The position numbers were made by a program, and so were the translations under genes. From Malacoraja senta (lineage: Eukaryota), in the NCBI GenBank assembly GCA_038087875.1, contig JAXLNO010003642.1, positions 124,001 to 188,000 of the forward strand: 64,000 nucleotides of DNA, given 5' to 3'. Shown here piece by piece: positions 27,033-39,143 of the stretch. Under the pieces are notes generated by a model that did not search any database, was not told the DNA's origin, and worked only from the letters and a program-made list of their open reading frames with translations. The stretch's first letter is position 1, and every line of letters starts with the position of its first letter.

Positions 27033-27328
27033 TCAGCACGGTGGTGCAGCGGCAGAGCTGCAGCCTTACAGCGCAAAGGGACCCGGGTTTGATCCTGACT
27101 ACGGTTTCTGTCCGCATGGATTTTGTACGTACTTCCCATGACAGGCGCAGGTTTCCTCCGGGTGCTCCGGATTCCTCCCACATTCCAATGACATACCAAT
27201 TGGCTTAGTAAAATTCTAAATTGTCCCAAGTGTGCATAGAATAGTGATAGTGTGCGGGGATCGCTGGTCGGCGTGGATTCGGTGGGCTGAAGGACCTGTT
27301 TCTGCACTGTATCTCTAAATTAAACTAA
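27033..27328 (+). mobile_element. HE1-like SINE
   Basis: Head, core and tail recognisable. Confidence 0.85.
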
Positions 27329-28247
27329 ATACCCAGAAAGCAAGGAAAAGTTCAAGCTTAAGGAGAGGAAATCTGAATTCACATTCTAGACCTTCATCAT
27401 TTAATTTGGCAACTAAAATGTCGCAACTCTATTTACCTCCACAGATGCTGTTGGATCATTTCCAACATGTTATATTTCTCTGTCAAGTTTATAGCACCAC
27501 GTCACTATTTTACCTTATTTTCCACTGAAAACGGAAAGGTTGTTTGGTAGTTTTTGTAATGTAATCATACCCTAGAACATGGGTCTTTTGCTGATTAATA
27601 TTGTCGAGTTCAGCAATACATTCCTCAGGGCTTGAGCAATTGTGCTCTTGACCTGCTGTGAATTTATCAGAGAGAAGAGTAAGGATGTGTAAAAGTGTAG
27701 TTATGCCGGCTGAAGTATGTACATTTTTGAGATGGTAGCGAAAATGGGAAGATTAATCACTTCTGTTCAGAAGACATTTAACAAGGTTACACTTAAAGTG
27801 TTTATAAACATTTGTGAGGTAGGATCAGGTTATTTGACTGGAAGGTAATTTTCCCCAAGTGAATGTGGGTGGTGGGAAAATTGAGAGAGGAGGGAAGTTC
27901 ATTGGAATGTGAGATTTACATGGAAACATAGAAAATACTGTAGGTACAGGAGTAGGCCATTCGGCCCTTCGTATCAGTATTCCAAAATCAGTATCCCGTT
28001 CCTGCTTTTTACCCATATCCCTTTATTCCATTAGCCCTAAGAGCTAAATCTAACTATCTTGAAGACATCCAATGAATTGGCCTCCACTGCCTTCTGTGGC
28101 AGAGAATACCACAGATATACAACTCTCTGGGTGAAAACGTTTTTCCTTATCTCACTCGTAAATGGCCTACCCTTATTTTTAAACTATGACACAAGTTTCT
28201 GTGTTCGATGGCTTTATTCTCCTCAGTGATTTGGTACACACGTTAAT

Positions 28248-28540
28248 AGTTTAGTTTAGAGATATAGAGCAGAAACAGGCCCTTTGGCCCATCGAGTCTG
28301 CACCGGCCAGCGATTCCCGCACCTTAACGCTACCCTACACACAAACTTGGAACAATTTAATATTTACACCAAGCCCATTAACCTATAAACATGTACGTCT
28401 TTGGAGTGTGGGAGAAAACCCATGATGGTCACAGGGAGAATGTACAAACTCCATACAGACAGCACCTATAGTCAGGATCGAACCCGGGTCTCTGGCACTG
28501 TGAGGCAGTTGCTCTACCTCTACTGCACCGTGCCACCCAT
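28248..28540 (-). mobile_element. HE1-like SINE
   Basis: Head, core and tail on the - strand. Confidence 0.85.
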
Positions 28541-28554
28541 AATAGTGCTGCCCA

Positions 28555-29465
28555 AAAGTCAAGAGAGTTTTATTGTCATGTGTCCCAGATGGGACAATGA
28601 ATTCTTGCTTGCTGCAGCACAACAGAATATGTAAACATAATACAGAGATAAAAGTTCAGTGTGTCTATATACCATAGACCATATATATACACAATAAATA
28701 AACATATAAAGTGCAATAGGCTGTTATTGTTCAGAGTTTGTTTGATGTCGTGTTTAATAGCCTGATGGCTGTGGGGAAGAAACTGTTCTTGAACCTGGAT
28801 GTTCCAGATTTCAAGCTCCTGCACCTTCTTCCCGATGGCAACGGAGAGATGAGTGTGTGGCCAGGATGGTGCGGGTCTTTGATGTTGGCAGCCATTTTGA
28901 GGCAGCGACTGCGATGGATCCCTTCGATGGTGGGGAGGTCAGAGCCGAAGATGGACTGGGCAGTAGTCACAACTTTCTGGATTCTTTTCCGCTCCTGGAC
29001 GTTCAATTTGCCGAACCAAGCCACGATGCAGCGAGTCAGTTTGCTCTCTACTGTGCATGTGTAGAAGTTCGAGAGAGTCCTCCTTGACATACCAACTCTC
29101 CATAATCTTCTCAGGAAGTAGAGGAACTGATGTGCCTCAGTGTGCTGGGACCTGGAAAGATCTTCGGATAAATGCACGCCCAGGAATTTGAAGTTCTTGA
29201 CCCTTTCCACCATCGTTGATATAAACGGGGTTATGGGTTCCTATCCTACCTCTTCCAAAGTCCACAATCAGTTCCTTGGTTTTACTGGTGTTGAGGGCCA
29301 GGTTATTGTGCTGGCGCCATTTGGTCAATTGGTCGATCTCACTAATGTACTCTGACTCATCACCATCAGTGATTTGTCCCACAACAGTGGTGTCGTCGGC
29401 GAACTTGATGATGGAGTTCGGACTATGTCTGGCTACACAGTCATGAGTATAGAGTGAGTACAGTA
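28555..29465 (-). mobile_element. Rex1/Babar-like LINE 3' fragment
   Basis: LYSLYTHDC...IIKFADDTTVVG...VERVKNFKFLGVHLSEDL...RTLSNFYTCTVES...RFKNSFFPTAIRLLN. Confidence 0.88.
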
Positions 29466-29906
29466 GAACAGTTTTCTTGTTTTTCAATCATCAATGTTCT
29501 CACTAGAATGGGCCATAAAAAAGTACTTCCTGTGGAAAAAATGCAGTAACTTGGGGAAAAAAGATTTAAAATAATTGGTCAACTAAATTGTAAAAGACAA
29601 TGTAAAAAGAAAACAAATGTGATCTATGAACCAGTTCAAAGAGCTGCCTTGCCTCGGGCACCATCCACTGAATGCTGCCGAGTGGTGTATTTGTGGGATA
29701 CTTTGTAGGATTGCATGGAATAAAAATATACATCAATCATAATTGATTTAAATGGCACACAGGCTGCCAGGTTTTATTTACACTCTATTTGTAAACAGAA
29801 CAATGCTGCACAAGGCAGGATGTACAGGAAGGAACTGCTGATGCTGGTTAAAACCAAAGGTAGACACAAAAAGCTGGAATAACAGGCAGCATCTCTGGAG
29901 AGAAGG

Positions 29907-29945
29907 AATGGGTGATGTTTCGGGTCGAGACCCTTCTTCAGACCC
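29907..29945 (-). ncRNA. Minimal hammerhead-ribozyme-like motif in a PLE terminal repeat (representative copy)
   Basis: The - strand reads GGGT-CTGAAGA-A-GGGT(CTCG)ACCC-GAAACATC-ACCC: core boxes, stem II and stem I are present, with one change in stem III. The consensus of the window's copies has GAAACGTC. Confidence 0.6.
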
Positions 29946-30361
29946 TTTGTCACCTTTTCACCTCTAGCCGTTGCCACTTACTCCACCCATCTACTTATCA
30001 AAATCTGTTCTCAAGTCGCACCAGCTCCTCGTTTTCACCCAACAAATAGCTTACAATGGCCTGTTTCCTTTATCATCATTACTTTTTTGCATATCTTTCA
30101 TTCGTTGTTCTTTATCTCTCTACATCATTGTCTATCTCTTGTTTCCCTGATCTCTAACTAGTCTGAAGAAGAATCTCGACCTGAAAAATCACCCATTCCT
30201 TCTCTCCAGAGATGCTGCCTGTCCCGCTGAGTTACTCCAGCATTTTATGTCTTATCACCTGTATCACTTGCCAGGCTTTGTCCCAGCCCCACCTCTCTTT
30301 CTCAGCTTTCTATTACAATCAGTCCGAAGAAGTGTCTGACCCAAAACATCATCTGTCCATT

Positions 30362-30690
30362 CCAGATTGCAGGACTACGTGCTGAGGGACTCACTGGAGC
30401 TTGTTGCAGCCAACACCAAGGCTCAGTGGAGGTCTACAGTCTAGGGTCCTTCGTGGCAATACATTGGGGGGCTGCAACTGGTGAAGACGCCCCTCAAACA
30501 AGGGAAGGGCTATCAACCCAGGAGGGCTATATGAGTGGTAAGGGTGCTTGATATAAGGATAGTTTGTGAACACAACCAAAAATAACCGTAATGAATTCAT
30601 GTGTGGACACTGAGAATGGCAGAAAAGTTTTTTGCACTGTTCTTGTTTTGTATATATTTCATTATTCTGAATAATGTTTATTTTTGGCGG
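30362..30690 (+). mobile_element. Tx1/L1-like LINE 3' end
   Basis: RLQDYVLRDSLELVAANTKAQW.. followed by a 3' UTR ending ctgaataatgtttatttttg. Confidence 0.5.
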
Positions 30691-31460
30691 GGATAAAATC
30701 CCTCCAGATATTACCTGACCTGCTCAGTCCCTGCAGCCCTTTGTGTTTTGCAGTGGATAGTATATATGATGTGGATGTGAATATTGGTGGTTTGATTAGT
30801 AGGTTTGCAGATGACATGTACATTGAAGAAGGTTGTCTATGGATCCAGTGGGATACAGATTAGCTAGAGAGCTGGATGGAGCAATAGCAGAGGGAATGTA
30901 ATCCAGACATGTGTGAAGTTGTGCGTGTTGGCATGTCATGTTCTGGTAGGACATAAACGGTAAGAACCTGAGGGGTGTTAATATACAGTGTGTCCTTGGG
31001 TTGCAAGTTCATAGTTACCTGAAAACGCCGACAAGGGTAGACAGGAAAGCAAAGAATGCACTTTGGCATATTTGTCCACCTAGACATAGAAACAGTTGAA
31101 CAAAGGGGACTATGAAGGCATGAGAGAGGAGCTGGCCAAAGTAGACTGGAAAGGGATCCTAGCAGGAATGACGGTGGAACAGCAATGGCAGGAATTTCTG
31201 GGCATAATCCAGGAGATGCAGGATTATTTCATTCCAAAAAGAAAGAAAGATTCTAAGGGGAGTAGGAGGCAACCGTGGCTGACAAGAGAATTTAGGGATA
31301 GAATAAAACTAAAAGAAAAGATGTATAACACAGCAAAGAGTAGCCGGAAGCCAGAGGATTGGGAAACTTTCATAGGACAACAGAAGGAAACAAAACGGGC
31401 AATACGGGCTGAAAAGATGAAGTACGAGGGGAAGCACGCCAGGAATATAAAGAAGGACAG

Positions 31461-31663
31461 TGTAGATGAGATATGCATGTGCCTTTAACATAGTGACCTC
31501 ACACCCACTAACCACTCCCCATATCACAAGTATAACTACAACCTCCACACCCACAGATCGCCCTCTAGTTCCTGTGACAGACCACGTACAGCTAGTGCAA
31601 TGTATAATGTCCAGTATGAATAAAGATAGTAAAGTAACGATGTCTCGATATCGATCCTTTACA
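31461..31663 (+). repeat. Gypsy 5' LTR
   Basis: TGTAGATG...TTTACA; AATAAA at 31619-24; no difference from the 3' LTR by eye. Confidence 0.97.
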
Positions 31664-31756
31664 TGGTGTCAAATAACGTACCTTGCGCCTCCCGTTTATC
31701 GGTTTATCATTTAATTTTGACCCAGTTTTTTGTTTCCCCCCCTAACTGTTTTTGTT

Positions 31757-33244
31757 ATGGCCTCTTCTGCCCGTAAGCCCGATGCGCTCGTTTTCGATTT
31801 CGACATCGCCCTTCGATGGGACATATTCAAACGCGACTTTGAACACTATTTCACGATTGCCCATCCTGGCGCCACCGACGCTCTCAAAGCCTCGCTGCTT
31901 CTCAACTTGGCTGGTCCCAACGCCTTGACTCGCTCGGACTTCTTCGTCTACGCTCCTGGAGAATCAGCTCGGGACCCGGCATGTCTGTTGGCTAAGTTTG
32001 ACGCTATTTGTGACATTCCTACTAATTGTATTTTAGAACGTTTTAAACTGTTCGCGCGGCGTCAGCTCCCTGGGGAATCGGCTGAGAACTATGTCATTGC
32101 GCTGCGGGACCTGGGCAGGCGCTGCCGCCTCGAGACGTGGACCCCCGATAATGTCATCAGGGACCTACTGGTTTACGGTCTCCGTGATGAGAAGCTCAGG
32201 TCCGAACTACTTCGCAAGCCGGATCTGACCTTGGCCGATGCAATGCACGCTACTCGCTTAGCCGACGCTGTTTCCGCGGCGGCGCCGCCGGCTGAACAGG
32301 CGATCAACTTTGCCAGCACTCCTAGCTATCCCATGAACGCACCCCAGTCGCGACCCCCGGTGTCGCTCGCTGCTCGAGGGGGACGCGCCCCGGGGTTCGG
32401 TGGTGCCACAAGGGGAGACACCCAGCAAAGGTGCCCTAATTGCAACTTCACATCTCATCAGTTCAATGTGTGCCCTGCGCTGGGAAAGTACTGCAACTCC
32501 TGTAATAAGTTGAACCATTTTGCTGCAGCCTGTCGTTCCCGTGGGAAGCCTGTCGCTGCTCGAAGGCAAAATTTAAACAACCTTCTACAGTCGGATAATG
32601 ATCTCAGCTCCCAGCACTATTCCGATGAACATTCTGTTCCTACATCCAACTCCTCTCAGGCAGAAACCAGCTTGTTTACCGTGGTGAACGCACCTGCTAT
32701 GATAACGGATCCTTCTGTGCAAGTCACTGTGAACAACTCGACCTTCACGGCCAAAATCGACACTGGGGCGGTTACCAATGTTATGTCAACATCTCTTTTC
32801 AACCAGATAAGGACTAATGAGAAGATATTTTCTCAGAGCTCAAACCTGCATGCCTACGGTGGGGAGATCCTTACTCCTGTGGGCAAGGCCACACTACACT
32901 GTAAGATACTGAAGGCCACTCGGCCCCTCACCTTCTTTCTCCTCAATCGAAGTTGCGTTCCCCTGCTGGGGATCCAGGCATGCCAGGAAATGGGACTGGT
33001 GTCCTTCCACCGGGACATCCACCACGTGCGGGCTCTTATGGACCCGCTGGCCGAGTATCCTGACCGCTTTGATGATAAGCTAGGCAAACTACCCTGCAGC
33101 TACAAGATTGAAGTGGACCATAAGATCGTTCCTGTGGTCCATGCTCCTCACCGTGCGACGCCTGTCAATTCGGACTCGGTGCCGCCTGCCTCCAGGTCCA
33201 TGACGGCCTGCAGATGCCTGTCTCATTCGCGTCCCGCACCATGA
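31757..33244 (+). CDS. Gypsy gag (two CCHC knuckles) plus aspartic protease; pol truncated at the RT start
   Basis: CPNCNFTSHQFNVC and CNSCNKLNHFAAAC knuckles; IDTGA protease motif; pol homology stops after VVHAPHR (about 33155). Confidence 0.92.
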   Translation: MASSARKPDALVFDFDIALRWDIFKRDFEHYFTIAHPGATDALKASLLLNLAGPNALTRSDFFVYAPGESARDPACLLAKFDAICDIPTNCILERFKLFARRQLPGESAENYVIALRDLGRRCRLETWTPDNVIRDLLVYGLRDEKLRSELLRKPDLTLADAMHATRLADAVSAAAPPAEQAINFASTPSYPMNAPQSRPPVSLAARGGRAPGFGGATRGDTQQRCPNCNFTSHQFNVCPALGKYCNSCNKLNHFAAACRSRGKPVAARRQNLNNLLQSDNDLSSQHYSDEHSVPTSNSSQAETSLFTVVNAPAMITDPSVQVTVNNSTFTAKIDTGAVTNVMSTSLFNQIRTNEKIFSQSSNLHAYGGEILTPVGKATLHCKILKATRPLTFFLLNRSCVPLLGIQACQEMGLVSFHRDIHHVRALMDPLAEYPDRFDDKLGKLPCSYKIEVDHKIVPVVHAPHRATPVNSDSVPPASRSMTACRCLSHSRPAP

Positions 33245-35052
33245 CCGCCACCGAACAGCACTACGCGCAGATTGAGAAGGAGCTACTGGCCGTGCTGTTT
33301 GCCTGCTCCAAATTCCGGGACTACATCGTGGGCAACACTTTCACCGTTGAAACTGACCATCAACCACTTGTTACCATCCTCAACAAACCGATCCATGTGG
33401 CCTCATCACGTCTGCAGCGCATGCTGCTGCAGCTCCAGCGTTTCACGTTCACGGTGGTTCATCGTAAGGGGAAGGACATGTTCGTAGCCGACACGTTGTC
33501 TCGCGCCCCGCTGACGTCCACTGCTCGCCACCAATACGAAACGTCCGAGTTACTAGTACTACGATTGAACTTCGTCCCCTCGCCACAGATGAAATCCCTG
33601 GTTGAACACACTACCAACGACCCTGCCCTGCAACAGCTGTCTGCCGTCATCCGGCAGGGCTGGCCTGACCGTCGCTCGGCACTGCCGGCTGGAGCCGTGC
33701 CCTACTTCCTGATTCGGGACGAGCTCGTATTGCACGACGGCGTGGTGGTGAAGGGTCACAAAGTGGTCGTGCCCGCGGCGCTGCACGACCACTATTTTCA
33801 GGTCGCACACCGCGGTCATACTGGGGCCGAAGCCACTTTGTCTCTCGCCAAGGCACAGTTCTATTGGCCGGATATGGCAAAGTACATCCGGGAGAGGGTC
33901 TCATCGTGTTCCACCTGCAACAGCCGCGCCCCCCATCAGCAGCGTCAGCCGCTTCTACAGCAGCCCGCGCCCGGACTGCCCTGGATGGCGCTCGCCACAG
34001 ACATTTTCGAGTGGCGGGGCAAACATTTCCTGGTACTCGTTGACTTCTACTCCAGCTGGTTTGCGGTTGACCGGCTGCCTTCCGTGACCTCTTCGGCCGT
34101 CATCGACAGGTTGGACCCTCACTTTAGCACTTTTGGCCCCCCGGCAAGCCTGCAGTCGGACAATGGCAGCCAGTTCACGAGCTCCGAGTTTAAAGCGTTC
34201 GCTTCCAGATGGAACTTTCGCCATTTCACAAGCAGCCCGGAGTACCCGCAAAGCAACGGTTTGGCCGAGCGCGCGGTCCGCAGTGCTAAGCACCTGTTGG
34301 AACAGTGTGGTGGCATTAACTCCGACTTCCACCTGGCCCTCCTCAGCCTTCGGAACATCTCTCGCGACCCTGCCATGGGTTCACCTGCTCAGCGGCTCCT
34401 GTCTCGCGCTACCAGGCTCCCTTTCCTGGTGGCCCAGCGATCCCTCATACCCTCGGTCCTTCCACCCGCGGCGGTTCAGAAACGGATTGCCTTCAGGCAA
34501 GACGTCCAAAAGCGGTCCCATGACAGGTCCTGCCACCCGCTGCCGCCCCTCTTCCCCGGTCAAGTAGTCCGTATGCAGACCACTGCCGGTCACTCCAAGC
34601 TCGCTACTGTCGTCGGCTCTGCGGGGTCGCCCAGGTCCTATTTCGTCGACTACGCTGGGACCATTTACCGACGGTCTCGCCAGCACCTTCAGCTAGTCCA
34701 CGAGCCGCGTCCTCCCCCCGCCGATCCCTTTGCTCCCCCGCTGCCTGTTTCCCGTCCGGCCGTTGCCCTGCCCGTGATTCCCTGCATGCCTCGCTCTGCT
34801 CCTCCTTCTCCCGCTCCGCTCCAACACACTCCGACTAGTCCTCGGACGCCTCCCCGCGCTCTCCCCGGTCCCGGCCCCGCATCCCCTCCGGTTTCGGTGC
34901 CGCGATCTCTTCCGTTTCCTCCCGTTTCTCCCTTTCAGGTTCGTCTGTCCCCGCTGGTGCCTCTTCCTCCTCCAGGAAGGGTGGATGGCGAGACGCGAAC
35001 CCCGGCGGGACGTCTGGTCAAACCGCCTGACCGCTATGGCGATGTTGCCTAG
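33157..35052 (+). CDS. Gypsy RNase H plus integrase (out of frame with gag-protease)
   Basis: DACQFGLGAACLQ...PVSFASR...YAQIEKELLA...TDHQPL (RNase H); HRGH...CSTC (zinc finger); TDIF / SDNG / ERAVR (DDE core). The first in-frame ATG is 33214. Confidence 0.92.
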   Translation, partial: DACQFGLGAACLQVHDGLQMPVSFASRTMTATEQHYAQIEKELLAVLFACSKFRDYIVGNTFTVETDHQPLVTILNKPIHVASSRLQRMLLQLQRFTFTVVHRKGKDMFVADTLSRAPLTSTARHQYETSELLVLRLNFVPSPQMKSLVEHTTNDPALQQLSAVIRQGWPDRRSALPAGAVPYFLIRDELVLHDGVVVKGHKVVVPAALHDHYFQVAHRGHTGAEATLSLAKAQFYWPDMAKYIRERVSSCSTCNSRAPHQQRQPLLQQPAPGLPWMALATDIFEWRGKHFLVLVDFYSSWFAVDRLPSVTSSAVIDRLDPHFSTFGPPASLQSDNGSQFTSSEFKAFASRWNFRHFTSSPEYPQSNGLAERAVRSAKHLLEQCGGINSDFHLALLSLRNISRDPAMGSPAQRLLSRATRLPFLVAQRSLIPSVLPPAAVQKRIAFRQDVQKRSHDRSCHPLPPLFPGQVVRMQTTAGHSKLATVVGSAGSPRSYFVDYAGTIYRRSRQHLQLVHEPRPPPADPFAPPLPVSRPAVALPVIPCMPRSAPPSPAPLQHTPTSPRTPPRALPGPGPASPPVSVPRSLPFPPVSPFQVRLSPLVPLPPPGRVDGETRTPAGRLVKPPDRYGDVA

Positions 35053-35121
35053 CTATCCTAGCGCATGAGCCGTGGTCGCCATGTCACCTTTGTATTTGCC
35101 TGTCGTTTCGGGGAGGAAGGA

Positions 35122-35324
35122 TGTAGATGAGATATGCATGTGCCTTTAACATAGTGACCTCACACCCACTAACCACTCCCCATATCACAAGTATAACTAC
35201 AACCTCCACACCCACAGATCGCCCTCTAGTTCCTGTGACAGACCACGTACAGCTAGTGCAATGTATAATGTCCAGTATGAATAAAGATAGTAAAGTAACG
35301 ATGTCTCGATATCGATCCTTTACA
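35122..35324 (+). repeat. Gypsy 3' LTR
   Basis: Direct repeat of 31461-31663, preceded by the polypurine tract GGGGAGGAAGGA (35110-35121). Confidence 0.97.
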
Positions 35325-37179
35325 GACAGTAAAAGCTTATTTATATATGTGAAGGGAAAAAGAGTAGCAAAGTCAAATGTGGGTACCTTGAAGGCAGACA
35401 CGGGTGAAATTATTATGGGCAACAAGGAAATGGCAGAAGAGTTGAATAGGTACTTCAGATCTGTCTTCACTAAAGAAGACAAACAATCTCACAGATGTAC
35501 TGGAGGACAGAAGATCTAAGGGGGTAGAGGAACTGAAAGACATTTTCATTAGGCGAGAAATAGTATTGGGTAGGCTAATGGGACTGAAGGATGATAAATC
35601 CCCTGGGCCTGATGGTCTGCATCCCAGGGTCCTCAGGGAGGTGGCTGTAGAAATAGTGGACGCATTGGTGATCATTTTCCAATGCTCAATAGATTCAGGA
35701 ACAGTTCCTGTGGATTGGAGGATAGCTAATGTTATCCCACTTTTCAAGAAAGGAGCGAGAGAGAAAACGGGGAATTACAGACCAGTTAGCCTGACTTCGG
35801 TGGTGGGAAAGGTGCTGGAGTCAATTATTAAAGAGGTAATAATGGGGCATTTGGATAGCAGTAAAAGGATTAGTCCAAGTCAACATGTATTTATGAAAGG
35901 GAAATCATGCTTGACTAATCTTCTGGAATTTTTTGAGGATGTGACAAGTAAAATGGATGAAGGGGTGCCAGTGGATGTAGTGTATCTTGACTTTCAGAAA
36001 GCCTTTGATAAGGTCTCGCACGGGAGACTGGTGACTAAAATTAGAGCACATGATATTGGGGGTAGGGTGTTGACATGGATAGAAAATTGGTTGGCAGACC
36101 GGAAGCAAAGAGTAGGAGTGAACGGGTCCTTTTCAGAATGGCAGGCAGTGGCGAGTGGAGTGCCGCAAGGCTCGGTGTTGGGGCCGCAACTGTTTACCAT
36201 ATATTAATGATTTGGAAGAGGGAATTAGGAGCAACACTAGCAAGTTTGCGGATGACACAAAGCTGGGTGGCAGTGTGAACTGTGAAGAGGATGTTAGGAG
36301 GTTGCAGGGTGACCTGGACAGGTTGAGGGAGTGGGCAGATGCGTGGCAGATGCAATATAATATAGATAAATGTGAGGTTATCCACTTTGGCGGCAAAAAC
36401 AAGGGGGCAGATTATTATCTCAATGGGGTTAGGTTAGGTAAGGAGGAGGTACAGCGAGACCTGGGTGTCCTTGTACACCGGTCACTGAAAGTTGGCATGC
36501 AGGTGCAGCAGGCAGTGAAGAAAGCTAATGGGATGTTGGCCTTCATGACAAGAGGATTTCAGTATAGGAGTAAAGAGGTTCTTCTGCAGTTGTATAGGGC
36601 TCTGGTGAGACCACATCTGGAGTATTGTGTACAGTTTTGGTCTCCTAATTTGAGGAAGGACATCCTTGTGATTGAGGCAGTGCAGCGTAGGTTCAAGAGA
36701 TTGATCCCTGGGATGGCGGGACTGTCATATGAAGAAAGATTGAAAAGACTAGGCTTGTATTCACTGGAGTTTAGAAGGATGAGGGGGATGTTATAGAAAC
36801 ATATAAAATTATAAAAGGACTGGACAAGCTTGATGCAGGAAAAATGTTCCCAATGTTGGGCGAGTCCAGAACCAGGGGCCACAGTCTTAGAATAAAGGGG
36901 AGGTCATTTAAGACTGAGGTGAGAAAAAACATTTCCACCCAGAGAGTTGTGAATTTATGGAATTACCTGCCACAGAGGGCAGTGGAGGCCAAATCACTGG
37001 ATGGATTTAAGAGAGAGTTAGATAGAGCTCTCGGGGCTAGAGGAATCAAGGGATATGGGGAGAAGGCAGGCACGAGTTAGTGATAGGGGATGATTAGCCA
37101 TGATCACAAAGAATGGCGGTGCTGGCTCGAAGGGTCGAATGGCCTCCTCCTACACCTATTTTCTATGTTTCTATATAAA

Positions 37180-37740
37180 ATTGGTGCAGGAGTAGGCCAT
37201 TTGGCCCTTCAAGCCACCACCACCATTCAATATGGTCATTGCTGATCAACCAGAATCAGTACCCCGTTCCTACTTTCTCCCCATATCCCTTGATTTCATT
37301 AACCCTAAGAGCTAACTCTCTCTTGAATACATTCAGTGAATTGGTCTCCACTGCCTTCTGTGGGAGAGAATTCAACAGATTCACAACTCTCTGGGTGAAA
37401 AGGTTTTTCTCCATCTCAATTATAAATGGCCTACCCATTATTCTTAAACTGTGACCCCTTATTCTGACTCCCCCAACATCGGGAATATTTTTCTTGCATC
37501 TGTCCAATCCCTTATAAGTATTCTGTTTCTATAAGAGACCCTCTCATCCTTCTGAATTCCAGTGAATATAAGCCAGTCGATTCATTCTTGTATCATATGT
37601 CAGCTCTGCCATCCCGGTAATTAACCTGGTGAACTTTGCTGCACTCCCTCAGTAGCTAGAATGTCCTTCTTCAAACTAGGCGACCAAGACTGCACAAAAT
37701 ACTCCAGGTGCAGTCTCACCAGGGCCCTGTATAACTGAAT
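37180..37740 (-). mobile_element. CR1 3' fragment facing the preceding CR1 tail-to-tail
   Basis: Reverse-complement CR1 tail and GHSLRIMG...FTQRVVNL. Confidence 0.8.
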
Positions 37741-38821
37741 AGACTCAGGCATCAGGTATAAGAGTTGAGAAATCAAACAAAACATTGGTTAGGCTGCACA
37801 TGGAGTATTGTGTAGAGTTCTGGTCGCTCCTCTACTAACGTTACTGTGTGGGGATCACTGGTTGGCGTGGGCCAAAGGGGCTGTTTCTGCAATGTATCTC
37901 TAAACCAAAAAGGATGTGATGGCATCAAAAATAGTGCAGAAGGGTTTTGCCAGGTTGTTGCCTGGAATAGAGGTATGTGGTTATGTGAAGAGATTGGATA
38001 GGCTGCATTTATTCTCACTAGAATGCAGGAGTGAAATAATGAGGGCTATAGATTGTGTCGGAAGGAACTGCAGATGCTGGTTTAAACAGAAGAAAGACAC
38101 AAAAAGCTGGAGTAACTCAGTGGGACATATAGCATCACTGGAGAGAAGGAATCGGTGATATTTCGGGTCGAGACCTTTTCGGGTTGAGACCCTTCTTCAG
38201 GAAGGATCTACAGATGCTGTTTTACACCGAATACAGACATAAAATGCTGGAGTAACTCAGCAGGACAGGCAGCATCTTTGGAGGGAAGGAATGAGTGACG
38301 TTTCTAAACATCATCCATTCCTTCTCTCCATAAATACTGCCTGCCCTGCTCCAGCATTTTGTGTCTATCTTTGGGGTATAGATAGGATAGAGAGTAACTG
38401 TCTCTTTCCCAGGGCAGTGGAGACTAGAACAGGAGGTTTAAGGTGATGGGAGAGAAATGTCAAGGGGATCTGAGCAGACGTTTCTCACCGCAGTAGTTAT
38501 CTGGAATGAGCTGCAGGGGAGATGGTAGAGGCAGATATAATCACAATGTCTATAAAGCATTTGGACTTTTGGTAGGAAAGTCAGGGAGGGATATGGGCGT
38601 AATTCATGTAATTGTAGATAAACATCTCGGTCAGGATAAACAAGATTGGGCAAATGGGCCTGTTTATATGCTGCATGATTCAGTTTAGTTTAAGATTCTT
38701 TCTGTGGTTTTCATGTTGCTATCTCTTTTAGCCAGAATAAGCACTGAAAATGGCTCAATCAGTCTACACCAGAGAGAACACTGCGTGAACCAAAGGAAGT
38801 GAGATATGTAAAATAGGTTCT

Positions 38822-39143
38822 TTAGTTTTTTAGTTTAGATACACAGCATGGGAACAGGCCTTTTGGCCCACCGAGTCTGCACCCGCCAGCGACTAACCCG
38901 CACACTAATACTATCCTATGCACACGAGGGACAATTTGACACATGCATCAAGCCAATTCACCTACATTCCTGCACGTCTTTGGAGTGGGAGGAAATCAAA
39001 GATCTCAGCGAAAATCCACACAGGTCACGGGGAGAACGTACTAACTCCGTACAGACAGCACCCATAGTCAGGATGAAAACCGGGTCTCTGGCACTGCAAA
39101 CACTGTAAGGCAGCAACTCTACCGCTGTGCCACTGTGCCGCCC
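38822..39143 (-). mobile_element. HE1-like SINE
   Basis: Head, core and tail on the - strand. Confidence 0.85.

Larger units (their letters stand above)
31461..35324 (+). mobile_element. Ty3/Gypsy LTR retrotransposon with internal RT deletion (3864 bp)
   Basis: 203-bp LTRs with TG...CA ends; 5-bp TSD GACAG (31456-60 and 35325-29); PBS-like TGGTGTCA; PPT; gag-protease and RNaseH-integrase ORFs. Confidence 0.97.
31095..37174 (+). mobile_element. CR1 (HER1-like) LINE, 5'-truncated, split by the Gypsy insertion
   Basis: ORF2 reads ...NIKKDS|KSLFIYVKGKR... across the Gypsy; RT motifs (YLDFQKAFDKV, GVPQGSVLGP, FADD); a few frameshifts; 3' tail cctattttctatgtttctat. Confidence 0.92.
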
